DNA of 64,000 bases, from positions 128,001 through 192,000 of the forward strand of contig CAVUKA010000003.1 of assembly GCA_963741945.1 (NCBI GenBank), read 5' to 3'. The position numbers and the translations under genes were made by a program. Origin of the DNA: an uncultured Gemmatimonadales bacterium (GTDB lineage: Bacteria; Gemmatimonadota; Gemmatimonadetes; Longimicrobiales; RSA9). Shown here one piece after another: positions 10,801 through 19,284 of the stretch. Below the pieces are notes generated by a model. That model ran no database searches. It was not told the origin of the DNA and saw only the letters and a program-made list of their open reading frames with translations. The first letter of the stretch is position 1. Every line of letters begins with the position of its first letter.

Positions 10801-10948
10801 CGGCACGCTGCCATCCCCCGCTCGACGTGCTCGCGCCCTGCGTCGCACCGGGGATCGGTCACCCGTTTCCTCGGCCGCGCTGGTCGCTGCGGGCCTCGCC
10901 GCCGGGTTCCTGGTCTACCGGGCCGCCGCCGCGCTCCGCCGCAGCTGA
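7853..10948 (+). CDS. FAD-binding and Fe-S-binding oxidoreductase (GlcD/GlcF fusion, YdiJ/D-2-hydroxyacid dehydrogenase-like)
   Basis: RGGGTSLAGQ, TLGGMIGNNSCG, GHFGQGCVH, SGEHGDG, CLSCKGCKGDCP and GCCGMAGSFG motifs; hydrophobic C-terminal tail. Confidence 0.9.
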   Translation: MATLIRSGQPTRPSHSGGAAAIEATDLERALRAVIKGEVRFDSQARAMYQTDASSYRQIPVGVVLPRDAEDVRNTVRLAREHRAPILGRGGGTSLAGQCCNAAVVLDFSKYMNQVLEVNVQEKWARVQPGTVLDHLRDAIEGTGLTYGPDPATHSRCTLGGMIGNNSCGIHSVQAQHYGPGPRTEDQVLELTILTYDGEVLTVGPTSDDEMERIIAGGGRRGEIYRGLRDLRDRYADEIRARYPDIPRRVSGYNLPSLLPENGFDVAKAVVGSESTCVLVLEAKVRLIDNPPKRALLIIGYTDIYHAADHVMEIQKYKPLGLEGIDDDLTQYMKLKKLHTKQLRYMPEGHGWLFVEFGGDTTEEAESRARSAMAELEGTSEHLREMRLYTDEEVQHQVWQVRESGLGATAFVPGMPSAWEGWEDAAVPPEHVGAYLRDFRALMQKYDYTAALYGHFGQGCVHCRITFDYETRKGLDQYLAFINEAADLVLSYGGSLSGEHGDGQSRGSLLPKMFGEELMEAFREFKRIWDPEWMMNPGKVVDAYPPDSNQFFGVDYNPGNVKTHFNFPHDKFAFQNATIRCVGVGKCRRTDGGTMCPSYMVTRDEKDSTRGRARLLYEMLRGDVIHDGWKSEEVKDALDLCLSCKGCKGDCPVNVDMATYKAEFLSHYYEGRLRPRYAYSMGLIDWWARAAQVSPALVNWVMSAPGLSTVVKKIGGIATQRDMPPFAEQTFRQWMDVRGPSTVEGRRVIVWPDTFNNYFHPEIGRATVEVLEGAGFHPVLPDEQIATGRALYDYGMLRLAKRQLRRIMDELREEIRDGTPIIGMEPSVVSVFRDELLNLYPHDKDAERLSKQTYMLTEFLDRYGDDVDLGSLSGEHAIVHGHCHHKSVLDFDSERHILDRLGIDYEVLESGCCGMAGSFGFEEGHFDVSQAAAERVLLPAVRKADPRTLVITDGFSCREMLEQNRLRRPLHTAEVIHMAMERSGTLPSPARRARALRRTGDRSPVSSAALVAAGLAAGFLVYRAAAALRRS

Positions 10949-10954
10949 CCGGCC

Positions 10955-12847
10955 ATGCCCAGCAACGGGCCCGAGGAGCGCCGGACCGGTCAGCCCTCCA
11001 TCGACGATTACGGCGTGATCGGCGACTGCAGGACCGTGGCGCTGGTCTCCCGTGGCGGGTCCATCGACTGGTACTGCATTCCTCGCTTCGAGGGACCATC
11101 GGTGTTCGCTGCGCTGCTGGACACCGAGAAGGGTGGCTCCTTCTCCATCCGCCCCGTCGGCCCGTTCGATACGGAACGCCGCTACCTGCCGGGGACCAAC
11201 GTTCTGGAGACCACGTTCCGCACCGCCGGCGGCACCCTGCGGCTCACCGACGCCATGACGCTGCCGCAGAGCCAGGCCCATGGGAGAGAGCCCTTCCCGG
11301 ACCACGAGATCCTCCGGCTCGCCGAGTGCCTCGATGGCCAGGTGGAGCTGGAAGTGGTCTGTGATCCTCGCTTCGACTACGGACGCAGGACGCCGAAGGG
11401 CCGGGAGCTCGGCCGCTTCGGAATCCACTTCGACGGTGGCGCTCACACGCTCCTGCTCCGCTCCGACATCCCCGTCCATCGCCGGGAGGGCGCGCCAGGG
11501 TGGGTGGGCCGTGGCACGGTCAGCGCCGGTGAGCGACGCTATGTGTCCCTGGCCTCCGAGCTGGCGCGCCCCGTGATCGGACTGGAGCTCGGAGCCGCCG
11601 CGGACGCCCGGATCGAGGGCACGGCGGCGTGGTGGAAGAAGTGGCTGACCCAGTGCTCCTATGAAGGCAGGTACAGCGAGCAGGTGCTCCGGAGCATGCT
11701 CACGCTGAAGCTGCTCGTGTTTCCTCCATCCGGAGCCATTGTCGCGGCTGGCACCACATCGCTCCCGGAAGTCCCCGGTGGCGTCCGCAACTGGGACTAC
11801 CGCTTCTGCTGGCTCCGGGACGCGTCCATGACCACCGAGGTCCTGCTTCACAGCGGCTTCACCGCCGAGGGCGAGGCGTTCCTCGGATGGCTGCTCCACG
11901 CCACCCGCCTGACGCGACCGAAGCTGCAGGTCCTCTACGATGTCTACGGCCGGACCCGGCACCCCGAGCGCAACCTGTCCCATCTGGCGGGCTATCACGG
12001 CTCGAGCCCCGTTCGCGTGGGCAACGGCGCGGCCGGTCAGCTCCAGATGGACGTGTACGGCGAGGTGATCCGCGCCGCGTGGACGTTCGTCGAGCAGGGC
12101 GGTCAGCTGGACGGCGCCGAGGCCAGCATGCTCGGAGACCTGGGCGAGACGATCATGAAATGGTGGAAGCGCCCGGGCAACGGGATCTGGGAGCTGCGTG
12201 GCGACCGCCACCACTTCACGCAATCACTGGCCATGTGCTGGGTCGGCCTCCACTGCCTCACCCGCCTCGATGACGACGGCGCCGTCAAGCTGAAGCGACC
12301 GCGCGAGAAGGTCGATGCCGTGAAGCAGGCCATCCGCGACGCCATTGACGCCGAAGGGTGGAGCGAGGAGTTGGAGAGCTACGTCGCCTGGTTCGGCAGC
12401 GACCACGTGGACGCCGCCCTGCTGCTCCTGGGCATCATGGGCTACGAGGATCCCGGCAGTGACCGCATGCGCAAGACGCTCGAGCGCGTGGATGACCGCC
12501 TCGGCGTCCGCGGCCTCCTGTATCGGTATCGCTATGACGACCACCTGCCGGGGCAGGAGGGTGCGTTCGGGATCTGCGGCTTCTGGAAGGCGGAGCTGCT
12601 CGCCCAGCAGCGACGACTCCGTGAGGCCGTGGACGCCTTCGAGCACTCCTGCTCCTTCGCCAACGACCTGGGCCTCTTCTCCGAGGAGATCGATCCGGAG
12701 AACGGCGCGCTCCTCGGCAACTTCCCCCAGGCCTTCACGCACATCGGACTGGTCAGCGCCGCCAACGAGATCGCACGCGCACGTGGCAAGCCACCGGAAA
12801 AGGCAGCGAAGAAACCCGAGACGACCCGAGCCCAGCCCGAACCATGA
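10955..12847 (+). CDS. Glycoside hydrolase family 15 (trehalase/glucoamylase-like)
   Basis: IDDYGVIGDCRTVALV N-terminal domain, NWDYRFCWLRDA, GIWELRG, LGLFSEEI and GNFPQAFTH motifs. Confidence 0.92.
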   Translation: MPSNGPEERRTGQPSIDDYGVIGDCRTVALVSRGGSIDWYCIPRFEGPSVFAALLDTEKGGSFSIRPVGPFDTERRYLPGTNVLETTFRTAGGTLRLTDAMTLPQSQAHGREPFPDHEILRLAECLDGQVELEVVCDPRFDYGRRTPKGRELGRFGIHFDGGAHTLLLRSDIPVHRREGAPGWVGRGTVSAGERRYVSLASELARPVIGLELGAAADARIEGTAAWWKKWLTQCSYEGRYSEQVLRSMLTLKLLVFPPSGAIVAAGTTSLPEVPGGVRNWDYRFCWLRDASMTTEVLLHSGFTAEGEAFLGWLLHATRLTRPKLQVLYDVYGRTRHPERNLSHLAGYHGSSPVRVGNGAAGQLQMDVYGEVIRAAWTFVEQGGQLDGAEASMLGDLGETIMKWWKRPGNGIWELRGDRHHFTQSLAMCWVGLHCLTRLDDDGAVKLKRPREKVDAVKQAIRDAIDAEGWSEELESYVAWFGSDHVDAALLLLGIMGYEDPGSDRMRKTLERVDDRLGVRGLLYRYRYDDHLPGQEGAFGICGFWKAELLAQQRRLREAVDAFEHSCSFANDLGLFSEEIDPENGALLGNFPQAFTHIGLVSAANEIARARGKPPEKAAKKPETTRAQPEP

Positions 12848-13317
12848 ACGTCATTGACACGCTCATATGGGGCGGTGTCGCCACCGTGCTCATGACCACG
12901 ATCCTCGAAGGGGCCATGTACATGGGCTGGACGCGGATGAGCCTCCCCTTCATCCTCGGCACCTTCCTCACGGGAGACCGCCGCAAGGCACCCGTATTCG
13001 GCGCCGTGATGCACATCGCGAACGGCTACATCTTCGCCTTCGGCTACGCGTTCGCCTTCCAGAGCGTGGGCATGGCGAACTGGTGGTTCGGCGCCGTTCT
13101 GGGTGTGGTCCACAGCACCGTGGTCCTCGTGCTCATGCCCTTCCTGCCCGGCATACACCCGCGCATGGCCACTGAACAGGCCGGCCCCGACGCGCGCAGG
13201 GCTCTCCAGCCGCCCGGCTACTTCGCCCTCAACTACGGCCGCCGCACTCCGCTCTTCGGGCTTGCGTCGCACGTGGTCTTCGGGCTCATCATGGGGGTCT
13301 TCTATCACCTGGCCTGA
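12844..13317 (+). CDS. Hypothetical 4-TM membrane protein with intramembrane His residues
   Basis: 157 aa, four hydrophobic segments; ATGA overlap with the GH15 stop; H57, H90 and H143 lie in or near helices. Confidence 0.75.
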   Translation: MNVIDTLIWGGVATVLMTTILEGAMYMGWTRMSLPFILGTFLTGDRRKAPVFGAVMHIANGYIFAFGYAFAFQSVGMANWWFGAVLGVVHSTVVLVLMPFLPGIHPRMATEQAGPDARRALQPPGYFALNYGRRTPLFGLASHVVFGLIMGVFYHLA

Positions 13318-13338
13318 GTGCCCCGGAAGGCGCCCCCG

Positions 13339-13887
13339 TCATCGCTCCGCCTCCGCTTCTCCCTCCCCTCTCGGCTCGTCCTCCCGGATCACGCTGATCT
13401 TGCCGTTCGGCTCCAGGAAGACGGTCCGGACCCCCTCCAGTGACGTGACTCCGGCCTCCCGCAGCTTCTCCCACACGTCGTCCTCCGTCAGCAGCGCGCG
13501 GTGCGCCTGGCGCCGGACGATCCGCCCATCGCGCACGATTGCGCGGGGACTGGAGCGGAGGAACGGCCGCAGCACGGGGAAACGGAGCGAGAGCAGGTTC
13601 ACGGCCGTGTGGCAGGCGATCAGTGTGAGGAAGGTGATGGCGCCGTCCACCACGCCCGGGTATTGACCCGTCAGCGCTTCCCGCACCGAGGTGGCCAGCA
13701 GGAAGATGATAAGCAGGTCGGCCACCGTGAACCGCCCTACCTCACGCTTCGGCAGCGCCCGCAGGATCGCGAAGAGCAGCAGGTAGATGCTCGCCGCGCG
13801 CACCACCAGCTCGAGGATCGGTCCGTGCGGCATGAACACGGGGCCCCAGTCATCGGGCAGCCAGCGCACCTCTGTAGCCATCATCAC
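13339..13887 (-). CDS. DUF421 (YetF-like) membrane protein
   Basis: Three TM helices, then PRAIVRDGRI...LTEDDVWEKLREAG...FLEPNGKISV. Start overlaps the antiporter stop; the exact start among 13887/13884/13881 is uncertain. Confidence 0.8.
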   Translation of the reverse strand: MMMATEVRWLPDDWGPVFMPHGPILELVVRAASIYLLLFAILRALPKREVGRFTVADLLIIFLLATSVREALTGQYPGVVDGAITFLTLIACHTAVNLLSLRFPVLRPFLRSSPRAIVRDGRIVRRQAHRALLTEDDVWEKLREAGVTSLEGVRTVFLEPNGKISVIREDEPRGEGEAEAER

Positions 13888-15203
13888 GTCACCTCCCGCC
13901 TCTCGTCTTCACCGAGGAGCGCCCGCTTCACGACCGGGTCCACCTCCCACCGCTCGGCCGCCGCCATGCGCGCTACGCGCCGCCTGACCAGCCGCTCCAC
14001 CGTCAATCCCTGCACGAGGATGGAGAACACCACCACCACGTACGTGATGGCCAGCACCAGGTCCCGCTCCGGAGCCGGTGGGATCGACAGCGCCAGGGCG
14101 ATGGCGATCCCGCCACGCAGGCCGCTCCACGTCAGGATCCGGACCGTGTACGGCTTCACGGCTCGCCGGATCCGCACCACCGAGATGGGCAGCCCCACAC
14201 TGGCGAGGCGGGCGGCCAGCACGATCGGGATCGCCACCAGGCCGGCCACCACCAGCCGCCAGCTCAGCTCCAGGGCGATCACTTCCAGCCCGATGATCAG
14301 GAACAGGATCGCGTTCAGGGTCTCGTCCACAACGATCCAGAACTTGTCCAGGTGATCGCGCGTGGTCTCCGACATGGCGAACGCGCGCCCCCTGTTCCCC
14401 ACCAGCAGCCCCGCCACCACCATCGCCAGCGGCCCGGACGTGTGGAGCCGCGTAGCCAGCGCGTACCCGCCCGTAACAACGGCGAGAGTGATCATGACTT
14501 CCACCGTGTGCTGGTCCACCTGCTTCAGCAGGAGATAGGCACCGTAGCCCAGCACCAACCCGTAGACCAGCCCGCCGATCGCTTCCCATGCGAACAGCTC
14601 CGCGACCTCGGCGGGGGACGTGGCACCGGAGACCAGCACGCCCAGGATCGCGGTGAACACCACTACCCCGACGCCGTCGTTGAACAGCGATTCGCCACTG
14701 ATCAGGACGCGGAGGTCCTCCGGCGCATGGACCCGGTTCAGGACTGCCAGCACGGCCACCGGGTCCGTCGGTGAGATCAGGGCGCCGAAGAGCAGAGCGT
14801 AGACGAAGGGGAGCGGGACGCCTACCGCCCGGGCCGCCACCCAGACCAGCGTCCCGACCAGGAACGTCGAGATCACCACTCCCACCGTGGCCAGCAGCAG
14901 CACCATCACGCGCTGCTCCATCAGAGCATTCACTTCCACGCCCAGCGCGCCAGCGAAGAGCATGGCGCCCAGCAGCCCGTTCAGCAGCAGCTCGTTGAAG
15001 TCCAGGCCACCCATCACCTCGCGGGCGAACGTCCCCTCGACACCCAGGAGATGCAGCTTTCCGAACGCCAGCAGCGCCAGCGAGAAGAGGAGTCCGCCGA
15101 GAGTCACGCCCACCACGGGCACCACCCCGATCCACCGCTCGTTCACCCACCCCAGCAGTGCCGTCAGGGTGACGAGGATGGCCACAAGCTCGAATGCCGT
15201 CAC
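13884..15203 (-). CDS. Na+/H+ antiporter, CPA1 (NhaP) family
   Basis: FGALISPTDPVAV, GESLFNDGVGVV and TWSGLRGGIAIALAL motifs. Start reassigned to GTG 15203 (MTAFELVAIL). Confidence 0.88.
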   Translation of the reverse strand: MTAFELVAILVTLTALLGWVNERWIGVVPVVGVTLGGLLFSLALLAFGKLHLLGVEGTFAREVMGGLDFNELLLNGLLGAMLFAGALGVEVNALMEQRVMVLLLATVGVVISTFLVGTLVWVAARAVGVPLPFVYALLFGALISPTDPVAVLAVLNRVHAPEDLRVLISGESLFNDGVGVVVFTAILGVLVSGATSPAEVAELFAWEAIGGLVYGLVLGYGAYLLLKQVDQHTVEVMITLAVVTGGYALATRLHTSGPLAMVVAGLLVGNRGRAFAMSETTRDHLDKFWIVVDETLNAILFLIIGLEVIALELSWRLVVAGLVAIPIVLAARLASVGLPISVVRIRRAVKPYTVRILTWSGLRGGIAIALALSIPPAPERDLVLAITYVVVVFSILVQGLTVERLVRRRVARMAAAERWEVDPVVKRALLGEDERREVT

Positions 15204-15246
15204 GATCCCATCACACGGTGCGGGGAACCGGGCGCCAGCGCCCATC

Positions 15247-15263
15247 GCAGGAACAGTTCCTGC
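15247..15263. promoter_or_regulatory. Perfect palindrome between divergent genes; reads as a sigma54-like GG-N10-GC on both strands, or a TF operator
   Basis: GCAGGAAC-A-GTTCCTGC, located between the antiporter (minus) and DUF296 (plus) start codons. Confidence 0.45.
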
Positions 15264-15305
15264 TCTTCTGTGCAGGCGCGATCGGACCCGCAACGAAAGG
15301 AACGG

Positions 15306-15755
15306 ATGCGTGTGACCGAGTTGCGTCGCGACGAACGGCGCGTGGACCTGGCCCTCGTTCTCGACACCGACGACGAGTTCATTTCGACGCTCGAGGAATT
15401 CGCCCGGGACAACGATATCACGGCCGCCCACTTCACCGCTCTCGGCGCGTTCCGCCGCGCCACGCTCGCCTACTTCGACTGGGAGCGTAAGGACTACCGT
15501 GACCTCCCCGTCCCGGAGCAGGTGGAGGTCACTTCACTCGTCGGCGATATCGGCGTTCACGACGCGCAGGTCAAGGTGCACGCCCATGGCGTGCTCGCCA
15601 GGAGCGACGGGTCAACCGTGGCCGGCCACGTCCGTGAGGCCCATGTCCGTCCCACGCTCGAGCTCTTTCTCACCGCCTATCCCGGCGCGGCGCTCACTCG
15701 CGTGAAGGACCCGGAAACCGGCCTCGAACTGATACATGGAGAAGATGCAGCATGA
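15306..15755 (+). CDS. PPC domain (DUF296) protein
   Basis: ATG 15306 after GAAAGG; FTALGAF, EVTSLVGDI, HAHGVL, AGHV and VRPTLELFL motifs. Confidence 0.85.
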   Translation: MRVTELRRDERRVDLALVLDTDDEFISTLEEFARDNDITAAHFTALGAFRRATLAYFDWERKDYRDLPVPEQVEVTSLVGDIGVHDAQVKVHAHGVLARSDGSTVAGHVREAHVRPTLELFLTAYPGAALTRVKDPETGLELIHGEDAA

Positions 15756-16753
15756 GCAGTGATCGAGAAGTCGTCGTCATTACCGGGGCTACAGCCGGTG
15801 TCGGCCGCGCCACCACTCGGCGGTTCGCCCGGGAGGGTGCCCGCATCGCGCTCCTGGCCCGTGACCGAGAGCGTTTGGAGGCCACGGCCCGGGAGGTGGA
15901 GGAGCTCGGTGGTGAGGCGCTCGTCCTGTCGGTGGACGTGGCCGATGCCGAGGCGGTACAGACCGCGGCCGACCTCACCGTCGAGCGGTTCGGCCACATC
16001 GACATCTGGGTGAACAACGCCATGACTTCCGTGTTCGCCCGCGTCCAGGAGATCAAGCCCGAGGAGTTCAGGCGGGTCACCGAAGTCAACTATCTCGGCT
16101 TCGTATACGGCACGCTCGCCGCGCTCAAGCACATGCTGCCGCGCGACCGCGGCCACATCGTCCAGGTCGGCTCCGCGCTGGCCTGGCGGGGCATACCCCT
16201 GCAGGCGCCGTACTGCGGCTCCAAGCACGCCATTCTCGGCTTCACCGAGTCGCTCCGCACCGAGCTGATCCACGATGGGAGCAACGTGAAGGTGAGTATC
16301 GCCCATATGCCCGGCATGAACACGCCCCAGTTCGAGTGGGTCCGGTCGAGGCTGCCCAACAAGGCGCAGCCGGTCCCGCCCATCTACCAGCCGGAAGTGG
16401 CCGCCGACGCGATTCACTGGGCGGCCCACCACGACCGCGCCATTCTCTACGTCGGGATGCCCACATTGAAGACCGTGGCCGGAGAACGCGTCTCGCCTCG
16501 CATGCTCGACTACTATCTTGCCAGGACCGGCATCAGCTCGCAGCAGACGCAGGAGCCCCGGGACCCCGACGCGCCGGACAACCTCTTCGAGCCGGTCCCC
16601 GGCGACTTCGCCGCCCACGGCCGCTTCGACCGCCGCGCGCACGGCCACAGTTCGCAGCTCTGGGCATCCACCCACAAGGGCTGGCTCGCTCTGGCTGGTG
16701 GCGCCGTCGCCATCGCCGCAGCAGGCGCGGCAGGGCTCCTGGCCCGCGACTGA
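15752..16753 (+). CDS. Short-chain dehydrogenase/reductase with C-terminal hydrophobic tail
   Basis: TGATAGVG, WVNNA, catalytic Ser (VGSAL) and YCGSK; ATGA overlap with DUF296. Confidence 0.92.
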   Translation: MSSDREVVVITGATAGVGRATTRRFAREGARIALLARDRERLEATAREVEELGGEALVLSVDVADAEAVQTAADLTVERFGHIDIWVNNAMTSVFARVQEIKPEEFRRVTEVNYLGFVYGTLAALKHMLPRDRGHIVQVGSALAWRGIPLQAPYCGSKHAILGFTESLRTELIHDGSNVKVSIAHMPGMNTPQFEWVRSRLPNKAQPVPPIYQPEVAADAIHWAAHHDRAILYVGMPTLKTVAGERVSPRMLDYYLARTGISSQQTQEPRDPDAPDNLFEPVPGDFAAHGRFDRRAHGHSSQLWASTHKGWLALAGGAVAIAAAGAAGLLARD

Positions 16754-16810
16754 CGCTCCCCGACTGGACGGCGCCTCCGCTCTCCCCCAGAATTCGCTGG
16801 CGGAGGTGCC

Positions 16811-17653
16811 ATGGGAACCACGGAAAGACCAGAGCCGCGCCTCGGCCTCGCCCTCGGGGGTGGGGCCGTGCTCGGCTTCGCCCATGTCGGGGTCCTGATG
16901 GAGCTCGAGCGCGCGCGGATCCGGCCCGCCGCCGTGACGGGGACGAGCGCAGGCGCCATCGTGGCCGCGCTCCTCGCGTTCGGCTCCTCGCCGGAGCGCA
17001 TGCGGGACCTCGTCGCCCCGCTGACCTGGCGGAAGGTCTCCAACTTCTCCGCCAGCTCACTCGGCCTCGTCTCGAACGAAGCGCTCGCCGAGCTGCTCCG
17101 TGACGAGCTCGGCGACGTCCGGATCGAGGACGCGCCCGTTCCGCTCGCCATCATTGCCGCGGACATCCATACCGGCGACCCGGTCGTCTTTCGCGATGGT
17201 CCGCTGGCCGAAGCGGTGAGAGCCAGCGCTGCCATCCCGGGGATCTACACGCCCGTCCAGATCGGAGATCGGCTGCTGGTCGATGGCGGGATCGTGGAGA
17301 ACGTACCCGTCCGCCCCCTCAAGCAGATGGGTGTGGACGTGATCGTGGCCGCCACACTCGGCGAAGTCCTGGACTTCCAGCCGGTCCGAACGCTCCTCGG
17401 GGTGCTGACGAACGCGTTCCTGACCGCCGTGAACACGGCCACCCGGCTGGACCTGATGGAGGGTGTCGACGTGGTGATCGCGCCCGATCTCGTGGTCCAC
17501 AACCGCTGGGACATGCGGCAGCGCGAGGAGATCATCGAAAAGGGACGCGCCGCCGCCGCGGCCGCCATCCCGGACATCCTCGCCGCCCTCGATCGCGTCA
17601 GCGCCGCGAAAGCAGGATCGACCCCACCCACCCGCCCACCCGGTCACGCGTGA
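16811..17653 (+). CDS. Patatin-like phospholipase
   Basis: LGGGAVLG, GTSAG nucleophile and DGG motifs; GGAGG RBS. Confidence 0.9.
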   Translation: MGTTERPEPRLGLALGGGAVLGFAHVGVLMELERARIRPAAVTGTSAGAIVAALLAFGSSPERMRDLVAPLTWRKVSNFSASSLGLVSNEALAELLRDELGDVRIEDAPVPLAIIAADIHTGDPVVFRDGPLAEAVRASAAIPGIYTPVQIGDRLLVDGGIVENVPVRPLKQMGVDVIVAATLGEVLDFQPVRTLLGVLTNAFLTAVNTATRLDLMEGVDVVIAPDLVVHNRWDMRQREEIIEKGRAAAAAAIPDILAALDRVSAAKAGSTPPTRPPGHA

Positions 17654-18158
17654 GCGCCACGAGGAGCGTCTCGGCGGCGGCGACAATCGCCAGCCCGGCC
17701 GTGAGCGCGAAGAAACGGGGGCTGTAGCTCCCCGTCAGGAAGAGCCAGCAGGCGAAAACGTACCCCGCCACACCGGCGGCCTTCGCCGAGTAGAGGTGGA
17801 GGTCCCCGATACGACGAAAGCGAACGAACGTTGCCGCCAGAGCAGCACATCCCAGCACCGCCCACGCCAGGAGCGGCACCGCGTTCTCCCTGAAGAACGT
17901 CGGCCGCAGCGCGACCATCCAGACCAGGATCGATCCCATGAGAACGATGTCGGCCGTCGAATCGAGCTGGCTGCCGTAGCGTGACGTGCGGCCGGTCATC
18001 CGCGCCACCGGTCCATCCAGGACGTCCGTCAATCCCGCCACGGCGAGGCCGACGGCCAGCGCTTCCGTGTGCTGGCCGAACGCCAGCGCCCAGAGCGCCG
18101 GTACGAGCAGCACCCGGAGCAGGGTGAGGTGATCTGCAGGACTGCGCTTCGACATCAT
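17598..18158 (-). CDS. CDP-alcohol phosphatidyltransferase family protein
   Basis: Signature DVLDGPVAR...GSQLDSTAD; hydrophobic. Start uncertain (18155, 18158 or 18173). Confidence 0.85.
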   Translation of the reverse strand: MMSKRSPADHLTLLRVLLVPALWALAFGQHTEALAVGLAVAGLTDVLDGPVARMTGRTSRYGSQLDSTADIVLMGSILVWMVALRPTFFRENAVPLLAWAVLGCAALAATFVRFRRIGDLHLYSAKAAGVAGYVFACWLFLTGSYSPRFFALTAGLAIVAAAETLLVALTRDRVGGWVGSILLSRR

Positions 18159-18197
18159 CACCGGCTCGTACACCCCCGCCGCATGAACCGGTTCCCC

Positions 18198-18707
18198 TCA
18201 GTCCACCGTGCCCATCCGTGACTCGCGCTCGAGCACCGCCCGCAGGAGCGAACGGTGCGTCGCGGTCAGGTACCCGGCCATCCCCATCACACCCAGCAGG
18301 CTCGAGGCCACCACGAGCCAGGGAGAAACGAGCGCGCCCGCCAGCACCGTCAGCGCCAGGACACCCGCATAGCTGAGCACGGCCGCCCCGACGAACAGGA
18401 AGAACCCGAGGTACCAGAAATCCGGATGCCGCTCGATCTCGTACACGAGCCACGCGGCGAAGAACCCGAAGCCCACGAACGCCAGCAGGTGCACGCCGTT
18501 GAACGCCAGGACGGGGGCGGACCCCATCACCAGAGCCTGCGCGTCCCGCAGCCCCCAGAACAACGCCTCTCCGAGCAGGGCGGCCGTGTACGCGGCCGGT
18601 CGTCCCGCGGCCACGTTCACCATCGCGAAGAAGATCACGACGATGGCATAGCCGATGATGCCGGCGGCCAGGCCATCACCCACGAGCCGGCTTCTCCTCT
18701 CGTCCAT
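18198..18707 (-). CDS. Hypothetical 4-TM membrane protein
   Basis: 169 aa, strongly hydrophobic; GAGGAGG RBS; directly downstream of the CBS gene. Confidence 0.75.
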   Translation of the reverse strand: MDERRSRLVGDGLAAGIIGYAIVVIFFAMVNVAAGRPAAYTAALLGEALFWGLRDAQALVMGSAPVLAFNGVHLLAFVGFGFFAAWLVYEIERHPDFWYLGFFLFVGAAVLSYAGVLALTVLAGALVSPWLVVASSLLGVMGMAGYLTATHRSLLRAVLERESRMGTVD

Positions 18708-18717
18708 GAACGCCTCC

Positions 18718-19284
18718 TCAGAACCGAGGGGCCGAGCCGCAGCCGATTGCTCGCACCACGTCCGAGCTCGTGACGATCCCCAGCAGGTGATCCTTCTCCA
18801 CCACCAGGCACCGGTGGATGCGGCCGCCCGCGAGGAACCTCGCCAGATCCACCATGCTCGCGTCCGGTGGGATCGTGAACGTGGCCGCGGTCATGATGTC
18901 GCCCACCGTCGTGGCGTCCAGCACCGGCTCGCCCATCCCGCGAGCGGGGACCGCAGGCGGTTGCGCCGCGGCATCCTCGAACAGGCGTTGGAAGAGCGCG
19001 TCCTCTTCGGCCCCGCCGTCGAATCCGGGCACCTCCCAGAGCGGGTCCCCCGTCGGCACCTCGCCTTCCGACGACAGAAGCCGAAGCACGTCGGACGTCG
19101 AGACCACCCCCACGAGCTTTCCCTTCCCGTCCACGACGGGCGCCCCCGAAATCTGCTCTCGAACCAGCAGACGGACCAATGCGCACACTGACGCTCGGGG
19201 ATCGACTGTATGTACCGGATGCACCATGATGTCGCGGACCCGCAGCATCTCCACACCGGCCCGCTCCGATGCCTCTTCCGCCAT
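18718..19284 (-). CDS. CBS domain pair protein
   Basis: RVRDIM...ISGAPVVDGKGKLVGVVSTSDVL and TVGDIMT...IHRCLVVE...LGIVTSSDVV; GGAGG RBS. Confidence 0.88.
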   Translation of the reverse strand: MAEEASERAGVEMLRVRDIMVHPVHTVDPRASVCALVRLLVREQISGAPVVDGKGKLVGVVSTSDVLRLLSSEGEVPTGDPLWEVPGFDGGAEEDALFQRLFEDAAAQPPAVPARGMGEPVLDATTVGDIMTAATFTIPPDASMVDLARFLAGGRIHRCLVVEKDHLLGIVTSSDVVRAIGCGSAPRF

